DNA of 64,000 nt from Octopus sinensis (Eukaryota). Under the pieces are notes generated by a model that worked only from the letters and a program-made list of their open reading frames with translations, did no database searches and was not told the DNA's origin. Where the stretch lies: assembly GCF_006345805.1 (NCBI RefSeq), contig NC_042998.1:91016001-91080000 (forward strand), given 5' to 3'. The translations under genes were made by a program, and so were the position numbers. Of this stretch, positions 13,465 to 25,391 are shown one piece after another. Positions within the stretch are counted from its first letter, which is position 1; every line of letters begins with the position of its first letter.

Positions 13465-13698
13465 GGCGGCGAGCTGGCAGAAACGTTAGCACGCCGGGCG
13501 AAATGCTTAGCGGTATTTCGTCTGCGTTACGTTGTGAGTTCGAATTCCGCCGAGGTCGACTTTGCCTTTCATCCTTTCGGGGTCGATAAATTAAGTACCA
13601 GTTACGCACTGGGGTCGATGTAATCGACTTAATACCTATGTCTGTCCTGGTTTGTCCCCTCTGTGTTTAGCCCTTGTGGATAATAAAGAAATAGGTAT
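13465..13698 (+). mobile_element. SINE family A, young full-length copy (tRNA-like head; central domain resembling Meta/MESC-type SINEs)
   Basis: ggcggcgagctggcaga head; gttcgaattcc B-box-like motif; gcctttcatcctttcggggtcgataaattaagtaccag core; tail aaagaaataggtat. More than 15 related copies in the window. Family name is recalled, not searched. Confidence 0.85.
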
Positions 13699-13771
13699 AT
13701 CGGTCCAGGGTTTCGAGAACGAAAGAGGGATCGGGACGATTTGCTACCCCTACCATATTATTATATATATA

Positions 13772-13836
<65 letters not shown>

Positions 13837-13920
13837 AATCCAAAGGGAAACAAAAAAACAACAACAGGACATTACAGTATTATTATTATTAATAGGCGCT
13901 CAGAGATGGAAGCAGGGAGG

Positions 13921-13953
13921 TATGACGTTTCGAGCGGAGCTCTTCGTCGGAAA
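13921..13953 (-). ncRNA. Minimal hammerhead variant (CCGACGA core, GUC site)
   Basis: Minus strand: UUU-CCGACGA-A-GAGC(UCC)GCUC-GAAAC-GUC-AUA; U4 is changed to C and stem I has one mismatch. Confidence 0.65.
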
Positions 13954-14699
13954 CATAAAAAGAAGGAAGAGAGAGGAAAGAAAGATCCCAGAGCGGGCAA
14001 CAGGGAAAGAGAAAAAGACGACTGGTGTTTACGAGTTGCACATGGTGAAGGGCGGATGTTGACGATAACAAGAGCAAAGTGGGTTTTTAAAGGCAAAAGA
14101 GTGGAGACAAGGTTGGTAACCCAACAGATGTGTGTGTATGTGTGAGTGTGTGCATGTGCGTGTGTGTATGTGTGTGTGTGAGGCGAGATGAAAAAACAAA
14201 AAAATATGTGTGTGTTAGTGGTGCGTCTGTGTGTAGGCGTGTGAGGTAGGGCGAGACTAGTGGTCAGCTAGCAGACGAGGTCAGTGCTAAGAAAAGAAGG
14301 AAGGAGGAAGGGAGGTCAGTAGTAAGAAAAAGAAGGAAGGAGGAAGGGAGGGAGGGGAAGGGGTGGGGGCGTATGTAGCGTGCCAGCGTGTGTTGAGTAG
14401 TAGTGTGTGTGTGTGTCCAGTGTCGTGGTGGTATTAATGAGTAGATTGAATGTGTGTAAGAGTGATGTATATATATAGGCAAGGTGTGTATATGTGTGCG
14501 CGTGTGTGTAACGAAAAAAGGGGGGGGGTTAAGGAAAAAGGACTCCAGCTGAGGGGAAGATGGAAGAGTGGTACCGCGGAGACAGGCGTGGAAAAACCCA
14601 ACGACACGCGACGGTCCCAGGAACGGGCGGGAGGTGTCGTCAGGTCCAAGGGCGAGGTGTATGCGACGCGTATGCAACGCGAGCCGCGCGTAAGTGCGT

Positions 14700-16900
14700 A
14701 TGTGCGCGTGCCTGCGAGTATGCGCGTACGTATGTATGTGTGTGGATGTGTGAGTGTGTCTGTGTGTATGTCTGGGTGGCAGTGTGTGCGATGAATGTAT
14801 GTGAGTTGTGTATGTAGTATGTGTGCATAGATGTATGTCCGTGTGTGTGTGTGTATGTGTGTGAGTGTGTATGTATGTACGTGTGGGTGTGGGAAGTGTG
14901 TGTATGTGCATGTGTGTGTGCGTACATACAGGTGTGTGAGTGAGTGTGTGTGTGTGTATGTGTGAGTGTGTATGTATGTGTGTGTCGGATGCATGTATGT
15001 GTATGGGTGTATGTATGCGTGTGTGTATGTTGTATGTATGTGTACGTGCGTGTGTGTGTGTGTATGCGTGTAGGTGTGCGCGTGTGCATGCATGCATGTG
15101 CGTATGTGTGTGTGTGTGTGCATGTGTGTGGGTATATATGTATGTGCGTATATGTGTGTGTATGTGCGTACATGTGTGTGTGTGTGTATGCATGTGTGTG
15201 TATGTAGTGTGTGTAGGCGTGTGTGTATAGGTGTATGTATGTAAGTATGTGTGGTGTGTCCGTGTATGTGTGTGTATGTATGTGTGTGTGTGTATGTAGG
15301 TGTGTGGGCGTGTGTATATGTGTGTGTATGTAGGTGTGTGGGCGTGTGTATATAGGTGTATGTGTGTATGTCTGGGTGTGTCCGTGCATGTTGTGTGTGT
15401 GTGTGTATGCATGTGTATGTGGGTGTGTGTGTACGTGTGTAATGTATGTGTGTGTGCGTGTGTATGCGTGCGTGTGTGTATGTAGGTGCGTGTGTATGTG
15501 GTGGGGTGTAGGTGTGTGTGTGCGTGTGCGTGTGTTATGTTGGTGTGTGCGTATGTGAGTGTGAGTGTATGGGTGTTTGTCATGCATGTGTGTGCGCGTG
15601 CAGGTGAGTGTGTGTGTAAGTATGTGTGTGTGTATGTTTGTGTGAGTGTGTAAGTGTGTATGTCTTTGTGTATGTATGTGCGTATAGGAGTATGTGGGTA
15701 TGTGTGTATGTATGTATATGGGTGTGTGTATGTATGTGTGTGTGTGTGTGCATGTGTATAAGTATATGTGTGTGTGCGTATGTGTGTATATGTATATGTG
15801 TGTGTGTTTATGTATGTGTGTATGTATGTGTGTAGGCGTGTGTGTGTAGATGTATGTATGTATGGGTGTGTGTCCGTGTGTGTTTGTGTGTGTGTAGGTA
15901 GATGTGTGTGTCTGAGTGAGGGTATGGCTGTGTAGGTGTGTGTGTGTATGAATGTAAGTGTGTGTGTATACAAGTGTAATGTATGTATGTAGGTGTTGTG
16001 TGTGTGTGTATGTGTACGTGTGCGTGTGTATGTGTGTGTGTGTATGCGTGTGAGTGTGAGTGTATGGGTGTTATGTCTGTGTGTGTGTATGTCTGAAGTA
16101 GGTATGTGTGTATGTATGTATGTGTGTGTGTGTGCAGGTATGTGTGTGTATGTGTGTGTGTGAGTAGGTGTGCGTGTATGTATGTGGGTAGGGATGCATG
16201 CGAGTGTGTGGGTATGTATGCATACATACGTACGCGCACATCCGAAGCAAGCCCACACACAAAGCGCGCTCACGCACACAACGCACAAGCAGTACAACGC
16301 AAGCCCAAGGGGCCGACCAAGCCCCCAGCGCGCGCCAAGGCGCGCGAGCGCAAAGGCCCTCGAACGCCCCGCTACGCGGGAACCGAGGATCCATCAGCCA
16401 AAACCGGAAAGCAGAAAAGAGGGGGGGCTGCCTGGATGCAAAAAGGTGTATGTGTGTGTGCATTCAGTGTAAGGGTGTGCATGTGTGGGCATGTATGTAT
16501 GTATGTGCCTACATGTATGTTTGCATGTGTGTGTGTGAAGTATGTACGTGCGGTGTGTGTGTGTGTGAGTGTGTGTGTATGTATGTGCGTATGTATGTGT
16601 GTGTGTATGTGTGTATGTATGTCTGTGTGTGTGTGTGTGTGTAAGTATGTATGTGTGTGCGTATGTATGTATTGTGTGTGTATGTGCATGTTGGTTTGTA
16701 TGTTAGTGTGTGCTAGTATGTCTGTAAGTGTGTGTGATTAAATGTGTGATGTATGTATGTACGTAAATGGGTCTGCGTATGTGTGTGTGTGAACAGGCGT
16801 GTGGGAGGTAGGTGGTTGGGTGTGTGTGGGAGGTAGGTGGGTGTGTGTGTGCGTGTGGGAGGCAGGTGGGTGTGTGTGTGTGGGTGGTGTGCAAAAAAAA
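14700..16900. repeat. Long degenerate (GT/GTAT)n array inside the PLE 3' region
   Basis: About 2.2 kb of cryptic GT repeats, interrupted by a GC-rich island at 16230-16440. Source of the HTHT/CVCV ORFs. Confidence 0.9.
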
Positions 16901-16925
16901 AAAAAAAAAAAAAAAAAAACAGATC

Positions 16926-18320
16926 TCAAGAGGAGGGGGCTGTGTTAAGTCCGTGTGGGGTGGTAGTTTGTAGGGTGAAGATGTAGCGTTGCTCCAAGTG
17001 GAGCCTGGAAAGTGGGCGACCTTGGTGGGGGGCGAGACCAAACACTGAGATGTCATCTAGGGAATGGCCGGCCGAACGGAAATGGCGTGCGACGGGAGAA
17101 AGAGAGTGTAGGCGAACGTCCCTTAAGTGCTCAGTGAAACGGTCGGACAACCGGCGTCCCGTCTGTCCTACATACAGCATCCCGCATAGGTTGCATTTAA
17201 TGCAGTAAATAAGGCCAGACGAGGTGCACGTAAAAGAGTGCCTAATGCGTACAGTGTGCAGGTTGGAGCCGGTGACAGCGGTGGTGTTGGTGATGAAGGG
17301 GCAAGTGTTGCAGCGGGATCTAGAGCAAGGGAATGATCCGTGTGGGGCTGAGGGGGAAGGAGAGAGGGTGCTGTGGACCAGGAGGTCACGCAGATTGCGG
17401 GCTCGTTTGAAAGAGGACAGGGGTAGGTTAGGGAAAATGGGGCGGGTGGTGGGATCAAGCTGGAGGCGACGGAAGGCACGTAGTATCTTGCGACGAAGGG
17501 GTAGGGTAGAGGGGTGGAAAAGGAGGGGGAAGGGGGTGCGGTTGGGGGGGGGGGGGGGGGAAGGAGACAGGGCGGTAGTGCGGTCGATGCGACGGGCGGG
17601 GTGAGGGCATCAGAGAGGAGTATGGGTGGGTAACCTCGGAGTCTGAACATGCGGGCCAGGTATTGAGATTGGGTCTCGAAATCCTGGTCGCGGCTGCACA
17701 AACGTCGGAGGCGGAGGAACTGGGAGTAGGGGATGGCTCGTTTGGTGTGGAAGGGGTGGGAGGAAGAGAAGTTGAGATAGAGGTGGGAATCCGTAGGTTT
17801 AAAAAAGGCGGTGGTGGTGAGAGATCTGGAGGGGTGATCGATGCGGAGAGAGATGTCAAGGAAGTTGACAGAGGTGTTGGAGATGGTGGAGGTGAATTGA
17901 AGGAAGGGGTGAAAGTTGGAAAGGAAAGAGATGAATTGGCAGAGAAGTTCACGGGAAAGGGAGGTGGCACCTACGCAGTCGTCGATATAGCGACCGTATA
18001 GTTCGGGGGTCGGCCCAGAGAACTGGGAGAACACTTGGGCCTCAATGTAGCCAAGAAAGAGACTGGCGAAATTGGGGCCCATCCTAGTTCCCATCGCGAC
18101 CCGAGACACCTGTTGGTACGTTTCCCCGGCGAACGTGAAGCAATTGAGGGTGAGGACGAGCTCGGCCAAACGGAGAAGGTGGGGGTGCTGGGGGTGGGGT
18201 CGGGACGACGGTCGAGGAAGTGTTGGAGGGCTAGGAGACCGTCATTGTGGGGAATCACTGTGTACAGGGATTTTACATCTAAAGTGAAGAGGAGGTGTGA
18301 GGGGCTGGAAGGGAAGGAAA
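16926..18320 (-). pseudogene. PLE RT-GIY-YIG polyprotein, frameshifted
   Basis: ORFs 17971..18258, 17168..18169 and 16926..17180 are consecutive pieces of one reading frame. Some frameshifts sit in homopolymer runs and could be sequencing errors. Confidence 0.85.
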
Positions 18321-18563
18321 AGGAATTACATATATATATATATGTGTGTGTGTGTATGTATGTATGTATGTATGTATGTATGTATGTATGTATGTATTAA
18401 AGATGGGCAAGACTAGTTTATGGGATTACTTTAGGTTTCCCGTCCATAAATGGTTTAGCTTTATGGCATATCGTCAGATACCAAAAATCTTTTGGCCCAG
18501 ACTCTTTTACATAATAATACATACATACATACATACATACATACATACATACATACATACATG

Positions 18564-18608
<45 letters not shown>

Positions 18609-18717
18609 ATAAATATATATATATAAATATATATATAATATATTATTATAAATATTAATATATATATATATATTATATATATTATATTAATAGATATAAT
18701 ATATATATATAATATAA

Positions 18718-18756
<39 letters not shown>

Positions 18757-18759
18757 CAT

Positions 18760-20300
18760 AGGGGGAATTCACAAGGAAAACAAAGACGAAGACAGGTGGT
18801 ATAGACAAAAAGCAGATGTATTAGTTTAACGCTCGGAAAGTGAAAAAGTCTTTAACGTTTCGAGCCTACGCTTTTCCACAGAAAGGAACACAGAAAGAAA
18901 CAAGGAGAGAAAATAAAGAATGTGTAGTGGTTAGCGATCTATCATGGTGAATGCCGGACAGAGGGATCCCACAGGAAAGCTCGGAAGAAGTGGTGATAAT
19001 AAGGTAGTGGTGATCCCAAAACGAACGTGCGCGTGCGTATGTATAAGAGAGCATGTATGTGCGTGTGGAAGAGGGCTGGTGACCTTGACGTGTGTGTGTA
19101 TGTGTAGGTATGTGGATGATGGTATGGGACTAGGAAGTGGTCAGTGCTAGTGTGTGCGTGGTGGTGTGATGGGATGTGATATGATGTGATGTGGTGTTGT
19201 GTGGTATGGTGGTGTATGGTGTAGTGGTGTGTGCTGTGGTGTAATGGTATTGGGATGTGGGGGAGGCGAGACTGGAGAAAGCAAGGGTGGGGTGTGGGTT
19301 AGGCTGAGGATGGGGTATGTAAGTAGGTTAAGGGTGGGAGGTAGAGGTAGAGTATGTGGAAGTGGGTGCAAGGGATGGGGTGGGTGCAAGGGATGGATAG
19401 GGAAGGTGGGGTTGAATTGTGTCGGGTGGGGTTACGAGGGAGGGTGACGATGAAGGGAGAGGAGGAAGGGAGAAGGTGGGTAGGAGTGAAGAGAAGAGAG
19501 AAGGAGAGTAGGAGTGAAGAGAAATAGGAGCTGGAGCAAGAGAGGAGAGATGGGTGGGAGGAAGTAGGTGTGAGAGGGAGAAAGTAGAGGGGAAGCGAGT
19601 TGAGCCCATGTGGAGCAAAGAAACGAAGAGAGAAGATTAATCCCTGTTAACGGCGCAAACGGGAGTCCTGCTGGCCCCTCTGCAAGGACAATCCGAACAC
19701 AGACAGGTGTTGCAAAGAGTGACCGGTAGAACGGAAATGGCGCGAGACCGAGGTGTCATTGCCGAGTCGGATGTCTCGGGAGGTTTTCGTGAACTGGTCA
19801 GCCAAGCGGCTGGCTGTTTGCCAGGGTAGAGAAGGGTAGAGAGAGCAGGAGATGCAGTAGATGACATTGGTAGAAGTGCAGGTGAAGGAGTCGGTGATAT
19901 GATAGGGTCGATGATGGGTGCCAGTGAGGAGGGTGGTGTTGGAGAGTTAAGGGCAAGCACGGCAGCGTGGACGGGAGCAGGGGAACGAGACGGGTTAGGA
20001 GGTTGGGTTGGGGAAGAAGCTGTGGACCAAGAGGTCTCGTAGGTTGTGGGCACGTTTGAAGGAGGGGAGGGGTCGGTTAGGGAAGATGTGTGAAGTGGAA
20101 GGATAGGACTGGAGTCGCCGGAAGGTTCGGAGAATGGTGCGTTGGAGACGTAAGGTGGAGGAGTGGTAGGTGAGGGGAGACGGGAGATGGCGGGGCGGGT
20201 GCGGAGGGAGAGAGCAGATGCACGGTACACGGAAGTGCTCTGGCAAGAGCGGTGTGGATACTGGTGCGGGGATATCCACGTAGGATGAAGTGGCGAGCCA
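18760..20300 (-). mobile_element. Neptune-like PLE copy 2 (more truncated and degenerate): RT thumb/linker/EN + 3' region + hammerhead block
   Basis: HFILRGYPRTSIHTALARA; LPSFKRAHNLRDLLVHS; decayed EN ending APHGLN at ~19605. (TA)n at both ends. Confidence 0.8.
18850..18885 (-). ncRNA. Minimal hammerhead variant (CUGUGGA core)
   Basis: Minus strand: CUUU-CUGUGGA-A-AAGC(GUAG)GCUC-GAAAC-GUU-AAAG; A6 is changed to U. Confidence 0.55.
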
Positions 20301-20833
20301 TATATATATATGTGCGTGTGTGTGTGTGTATACACATACATATATATGTATATATAAAACAAACTAACAGTCCTGTTGAGTTTTGAGAGAATCATTGATT
20401 AACCTTACTAAATTTCTCATGGAGTCCCTAATCCATAGTATCTTATACCTGATAATATAAACGGAATGGCCAAGTCTGCACGATTAGAGCTGACTTGGTT
20501 TAAATAACATCAACATAAATAACAAACGAAATCACTTAGTAAATAATGCTTTCTTTACTTACCACAAGAAGTGGTTAGTCTCATGCAGTGGGTCAGAATT
20601 CAAATCTATGTAGTTTGAAGAACGAACTTCTTTACCACAAAGACATGCCTGTGCTAAAAGTCACTGAAAGCACGGGATGAACACAGTTTAAATGCCTTTG
20701 ATCGTATGTCTGCTTTATTGGCGTTGACAGTGTTAAATAGCAACGAGATAGAAAATGATTACTAATAAAATGTTTCATCATTATAAGACAACTCCTATAA
20801 AAGCCCATTTGTAAAGTGATGCGCTACCATGTG

Positions 20834-21360
20834 CAGGGTGTCCCAAAAGCCACTGACAGGTTTCAATTTTTAATAACTTCCTTAACTTTACAAATAAATG
20901 CATGAAATTTTAATATAATATAAAGGACATAATGGAAATTAATATGCACTAGTCAAATTTTGCAACACCACTACAACACATATGAAAACTGACATCGCTT
21001 AAATGGCAGTCATTTTCGGCTCCGCACGCCCGTGCTCTTTCCAAAACTTGCACCATAACACCTTCAAGAGTTTCAGACCCCACTTCTCAGATTTCTCTAT
21101 TGATGTCTCCTTCAGTTGCACCAGGGTCTCTGGTTTGTTGACGTAAACCCTCTCTTTCTGGTATCCTCATATGAAAAATTCACACCGCAAGAGAAACAAT
21201 GTAGTTGCTATGGCAGTGCTTTGGAGAGAGAATAATCTCCCGCAACAACAATGTCAACTGGCCTTCACGTTCCCCAGACTTGACTAGTCCAGATTTTTTC
21301 TCATGGGGCTACCTGAAAGAGAGGGTTTATACCAACAAACCGGAGATTGTTTCTGAAAAA
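20834..21360. mobile_element. IS630-Tc1-mariner transposase fragments in opposite orientations, plus one TIR-like end
   Basis: + strand WPSRSPDLTSPDFFSWGYLKERVYTNKP (21205-21350); - strand GYQKERVYVNKPETLVQLK...HLSD (~20985-21170); cagggtgtcccaaaa at 20834. Confidence 0.75.
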
Positions 21361-21664
21361 GAAATGCACTTACCAGAGGCGCATTCAAACACTGAGCACA
21401 ATGAATTTTAAATGAAAAGTAAAAATCCTCTTAAGTTTCCCTCATACAGGTTCTGCTTAACCAAAGTATAAACTGTCAAAGTTTAATAAAAAGGCCGTGA
21501 GTTGGCAGAATCGTGAGAGCGTCTAACAAAAATGCTTAGAAGCAATTCTTGCAGTTTACGTTTTGATCTCAAAATACTGCTTATGTCAACTTTGCCTTTT
21601 TTAGGTCGATAGAATAAGTACCAGTTGAGCATTGGGGTTTATGTCAAAATTAGAATTAATTAAA

Positions 21665-22112
21665 AATAATCTTTTCTACTATAGGCACCAAGCCCGATAT
21701 TTGCAGGGAAGAGGACTAGTCGATTTCATCAACTCCAGTACTTTACTGGTTCTCATTTTATCGACTCCGAGAGGATGAACGACAGAATCAATCTCGGTGG
21801 AATTTTATCTCAAAATGGAAAGCTGGAAGAAATACCTATTTCTTTACTACCCACAAGGGGCTAAACACAGAGGGGACAAACAAGGACAGACAAACGGATT
21901 AAGTCTAATACATCAACCCCAGTGCGTAACTGGTACTTAATTGATCGATCCCGAAAGGATGAAAGGCAAAGTCAACTTCGGCGGAATTTGAACTCAGAAC
22001 GTAACGGCAGACGAAATACGGCTAAGCATTTCGCCCGGCGTGCTAACGTTTCTGCCAGCTCGCCGTTTAGCATTTAGTCTGGTGCGCTAATGATTCTGCC
22101 AGCTCACCGCTT
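21665..22112 (-). mobile_element. Old SINE-A interrupted by a young SINE-A (21837-22066)
   Basis: The old copy breaks at gaaatacc (21829-36) and its head resumes after the young copy (tttagcatttagtctggtgcgctaatgattctgccagctc). Confidence 0.8.
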
Positions 22113-23477
22113 GAATTAATCAGTAATAATAAAAAGCAAACAGAGAAATAAATTTATTATAACCTAGTATGTGTTTTCACCGCATGAATCACTGAATCTG
22201 TGAATGACTCATTAAGATCATTTCATGATTTAACGGAAATTTTACTTTTTTTTTAACTGGAAGACTGACAACAGTGTTAAGCTGAATCTTTCTCTGTAAA
22301 AGCTGCAGTGGCAAGGCTGCAGCTGTATTGTGCTGTAGACAGTTGTAAAACATATTGTAAAGATGGACCACTCGAGGAAAGTATTGGCGACTACACGAAT
22401 ATATTGTTTTAATCAAACAAATTATTATTGGCTGATCGGGTCGAGAAACGGTTGCAATCTATAAAAAAGAGAACGAAGCATTTAATTAGACTTCTGAAAT
22501 TATTAATTAAAAACTAAATCATAAACTCTTCGATACCACATCGACAAAATTCAGAATCACAATATATTTCTTTACTGCCCACAAGGGGCTAAACATAGAG
22601 GGGACAAACAAAGACAGACAAAGGGATTAAGTCGATTACATCGACTCCAGTGCGAAACTGGTACTTAATTTATCGACCCCGAAAGGATGAAAGGCAAAGT
22701 CGACCTCGGCGGAATTTGAATTCAGAACGTAACGACAGACGAAATACCTATTTCTTTATTACCCACAAGGAGCTAAACATAGAGGGGATAAACAAGGACA
22801 GACAAACGGATTAAGTCCAATACATCAACACCAGTGCGTAACTGGTACTTATTTAATCGACCCCGAAATGATGAAAGGCAAAGTCGACCTCGGCAGAATT
22901 TGAACTTAGAAACGTAACGGCAGACGAAATATCGCAAAGCATTTCGCCCAGCGTGCTAACGTTTCTGCCAGCTCGCCGCTTAGCATTTAGTCTGGTGCAC
23001 TAACGATTCTGCCTGCTCACCGCTTGAATTAATCAGTAATAATAAAAAGCAAACAGAGAAATAAATTTATTATAACCTAGTATGTGTTTTCACCGCATAA
23101 ATCACTGAATCTATGAATGACTCATTAAGATCATCTCATGATTTAACGGAAATTTTCCATTTTTTTTTTTAGGAAGACTGACAACAATGTTACGCTGATT
23201 CTTTCTCTGCAAAAGCTGCAGTGGCAAGGCTGCAGCTGTATTGTGCTGTAGACAGTTGTAAAACATATTGTAAAGATGGACCACTCGAGGAAAGTATTGG
23301 CGACTACGCGAATGTGTTGTTTTAATCAAACAAATTATTATTGGCTGATCGGGTCGAGAAACGGTTGCAATCTATAAAAAAGAGAACGAGACATTTGATT
23401 AGACTTCTGTAATTATTAATTAAAAACTAAATCATAAACTCTTCGATACCACATCGACAAAATTCTGAGTCATAATA
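21829..23477 (+). repeat. Tandem segmental duplication: ~735-bp copies at 21829-22564 and 22741-23477, separated by a SINE-A segment
   Basis: Near-identical blocks with offset 912-913; roughly 95% identical by eye. Confidence 0.9.
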
Positions 23478-23511
23478 AAGAAATGAAAATAAAGATAAAA
23501 CTGCATTTATA

Positions 23512-23878
23512 GGCGCAGGAGTGGCTGTGTGGTAAGTAGCTTGCTAACCAACCACACGGTTGCGGGTTCAGTCCCACTGCGTGGCATCTTGGGCAAGTGT
23601 CTTCTGATATAGCCCCGGGCCGACCAATGCCTTGTGAGTGGATTTGGTAGACGGAAACTGAAAGAAGCCTGTCGTATATATGTATATATATGTATATGTG
23701 TGTGTGTTTGTGTGTCTGTGTTTGTCCCCCTAGCATTGCTTGACAACCGATGCTGGTGTGTTTAGGTCCCCGTCACTTAGCGGTTCGGCAAAAAGAGACC
23801 GATAGAATAAGTACTAAAAGGTGGTGCTCCAGCATGGCCGCAGTCAAATGACTGAAACAAGTAAAAGAGTAAAAGAGA
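23512..23878 (+). mobile_element. SINE family B (tRNA head + CORE-like cttgggcaagtgtctt + composite tail ending aaatgactgaaacaagtaaaaga)
   Basis: Second full copy at 43625-44025; partial copies at ~1505-1690, 3120-3270, 36660-36770, 40308-40473 and 44730-44860. Confidence 0.8.
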
Positions 23879-24151
23879 GTATTATATGTAAAGTGAATTG
23901 GCCGAATCGTCAGAACGTCGGTCTGAGAGAAAAACTAGCTGTATTTATTCTGACTTTCTACGCCCTGTGATCAAATCCCGTTGTGGTCAAATTTGTCTTT
24001 CGCCTCATCTCGGGGTCGATAATAGAATACAAAAATCACGGTAGATTGGTAAAACTATAAGAATGTGGGAATAGCTACCTTGTGATATATGTAGCCCAGT
24101 TCAAATTTCTCCATGGACTAACTGGATAATAGACTTAATCTAGCGCCCTGT

Positions 24152-24277
24152 TTAACACCAAATTCTGGCATCTGTTGCAAGATTTTGGACCAGGTTTGTG
24201 ATTTGAGAATATCTTCCTCCCTCTCTTAAGTTTCGGTAGCCCCTATAAAAAATCATGGACAATGTCTTCCCTCCGGA
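24152..24277 (-). CDS. Candidate terminal coding exon of an unidentified host gene (SGGKTLSMIFYRGYRNLREGGRYSQITNLVQNLATDARIWC*)
   Basis: Acceptor cttatattttag|; phase 0 is compatible with the candidate exon at 28108-28168; no homology recognised. Confidence 0.25.
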   Translation of the reverse strand, partial: SGGKTLSMIFYRGYRNLREGGRYSQITNLVQNLATDARIWC

Positions 24278-25391
24278 CTAAAATATAAGATATTCTGTTA
24301 TGTCTCCGTATGTGACCGAAGGTTCACGAAAGAACATCTACATGGTCGCTCGACTTGCTTGAAATAGTTGATAAATTCCTTCAAATTACATCCTACCGGC
24401 TTAAAAAGTAAGTCCTAGATATACAAAGCTGATGTGCCTTTGATCATAGGCTCATTCAATTGCGACTGACCGAGGGCTAAACAACAATAATAACAAGAAC
24501 ATTTTAAAAGTGAAAATGTTTCTGGAGTAAGAAATTTTTAAAATTTAAAAATAACAAAGGAAAATCCATCACCAAAATTCATCTTTTATAATATCTTACT
24601 CCAAAATATATTTCGTGTACAATAGACTTAGATTTAAACCTTTCATGAGCCCTTGATGTCATAAGGCCGGATTTCAACTTGGTTTCTTTGGCATTTAAGT
24701 GACTGAGATTACAACGTTCCATCCTCGAACGGGACGAAGGTCCGGCGTAGGGTTAACTTCCTATCTACTGCTGTAACTCACTTATAGCTGAGCGGACTGC
24801 AGCAACATGAAATAAAGGGTTTTGCCCAAGGAAACTACGTTCAGTCCGGAAATCGAAACCACGATCATACGATCACGAATACAACAACCCAACCGCTACG
24901 CAACGTGCCTTTACAATGTGAGTACAATGGAGTTAAGGTAAAGTTAATACATGCCGATTTTGATTCAATTTTCTAGTGTGGCTTACTAACAGGAATGAAT
25001 TTTACGAACTAAGAATATGCTAAGATCTGTGAGGTTGACGTTGTGGGGACGGCACACTCAGTGCTGCCCTGAGTGGAACACACCCTAGCTACACCAATAT
25101 TGGTCACTAAAACTATTGTAAATAACATATATATATATATATATATATATATACTGATATATGAAAAATATATGGCTTGTGTTAGTAATACCAGCGATTA
25201 TAATTATTTTTATTTTATCGCAATTTGATTTGTTTACATATTTCTCGATAAATTATGAGCGCCAGGCGTTATACCAGAATTCCCTAGTGTTGTCGGGACG
25301 TTCGGAGTCTGCGCAGTGATATGATTAGTTAGGAAGAGTAAATCATTAGACGCACATGCTTCTAGTGAGTTAGGATCCCAGAAAAACAGGG

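Larger units (their letters stand above)
13835..18328 (-). mobile_element. Neptune-like PLE copy 1: 5'-truncated RT + linker Zn finger + GIY-YIG, long (CA)-rich 3' region, terminal hammerhead block
   Basis: RT motifs LDVKSLYTVIP, VAMGTRMGPNFASLFLG, YGRYIDD, LNFSSSHPFHTKRAIPYSQFLR; linker FKRARNLRDLLV and CxxxxCxxC; EN YVGQTGRRLSDRFTEH...HF. (TA)n at both ends. Confidence 0.9.

Noticed and set aside
14600-14650. CUGACGA on the minus strand at 14637-14643 as another hammerhead
   Set aside because: No downstream GAAA; the motif is part of a simple hairpin arm.
14264-16297. 677-aa His/Thr-rich ORF and all other HT/YI/CV/poly-L/T/Y ORFs in the track
   Set aside because: Translations of (CA)n, (TA)n, (TACA)n and (CTA)n microsatellites, which lack stops in some frames.
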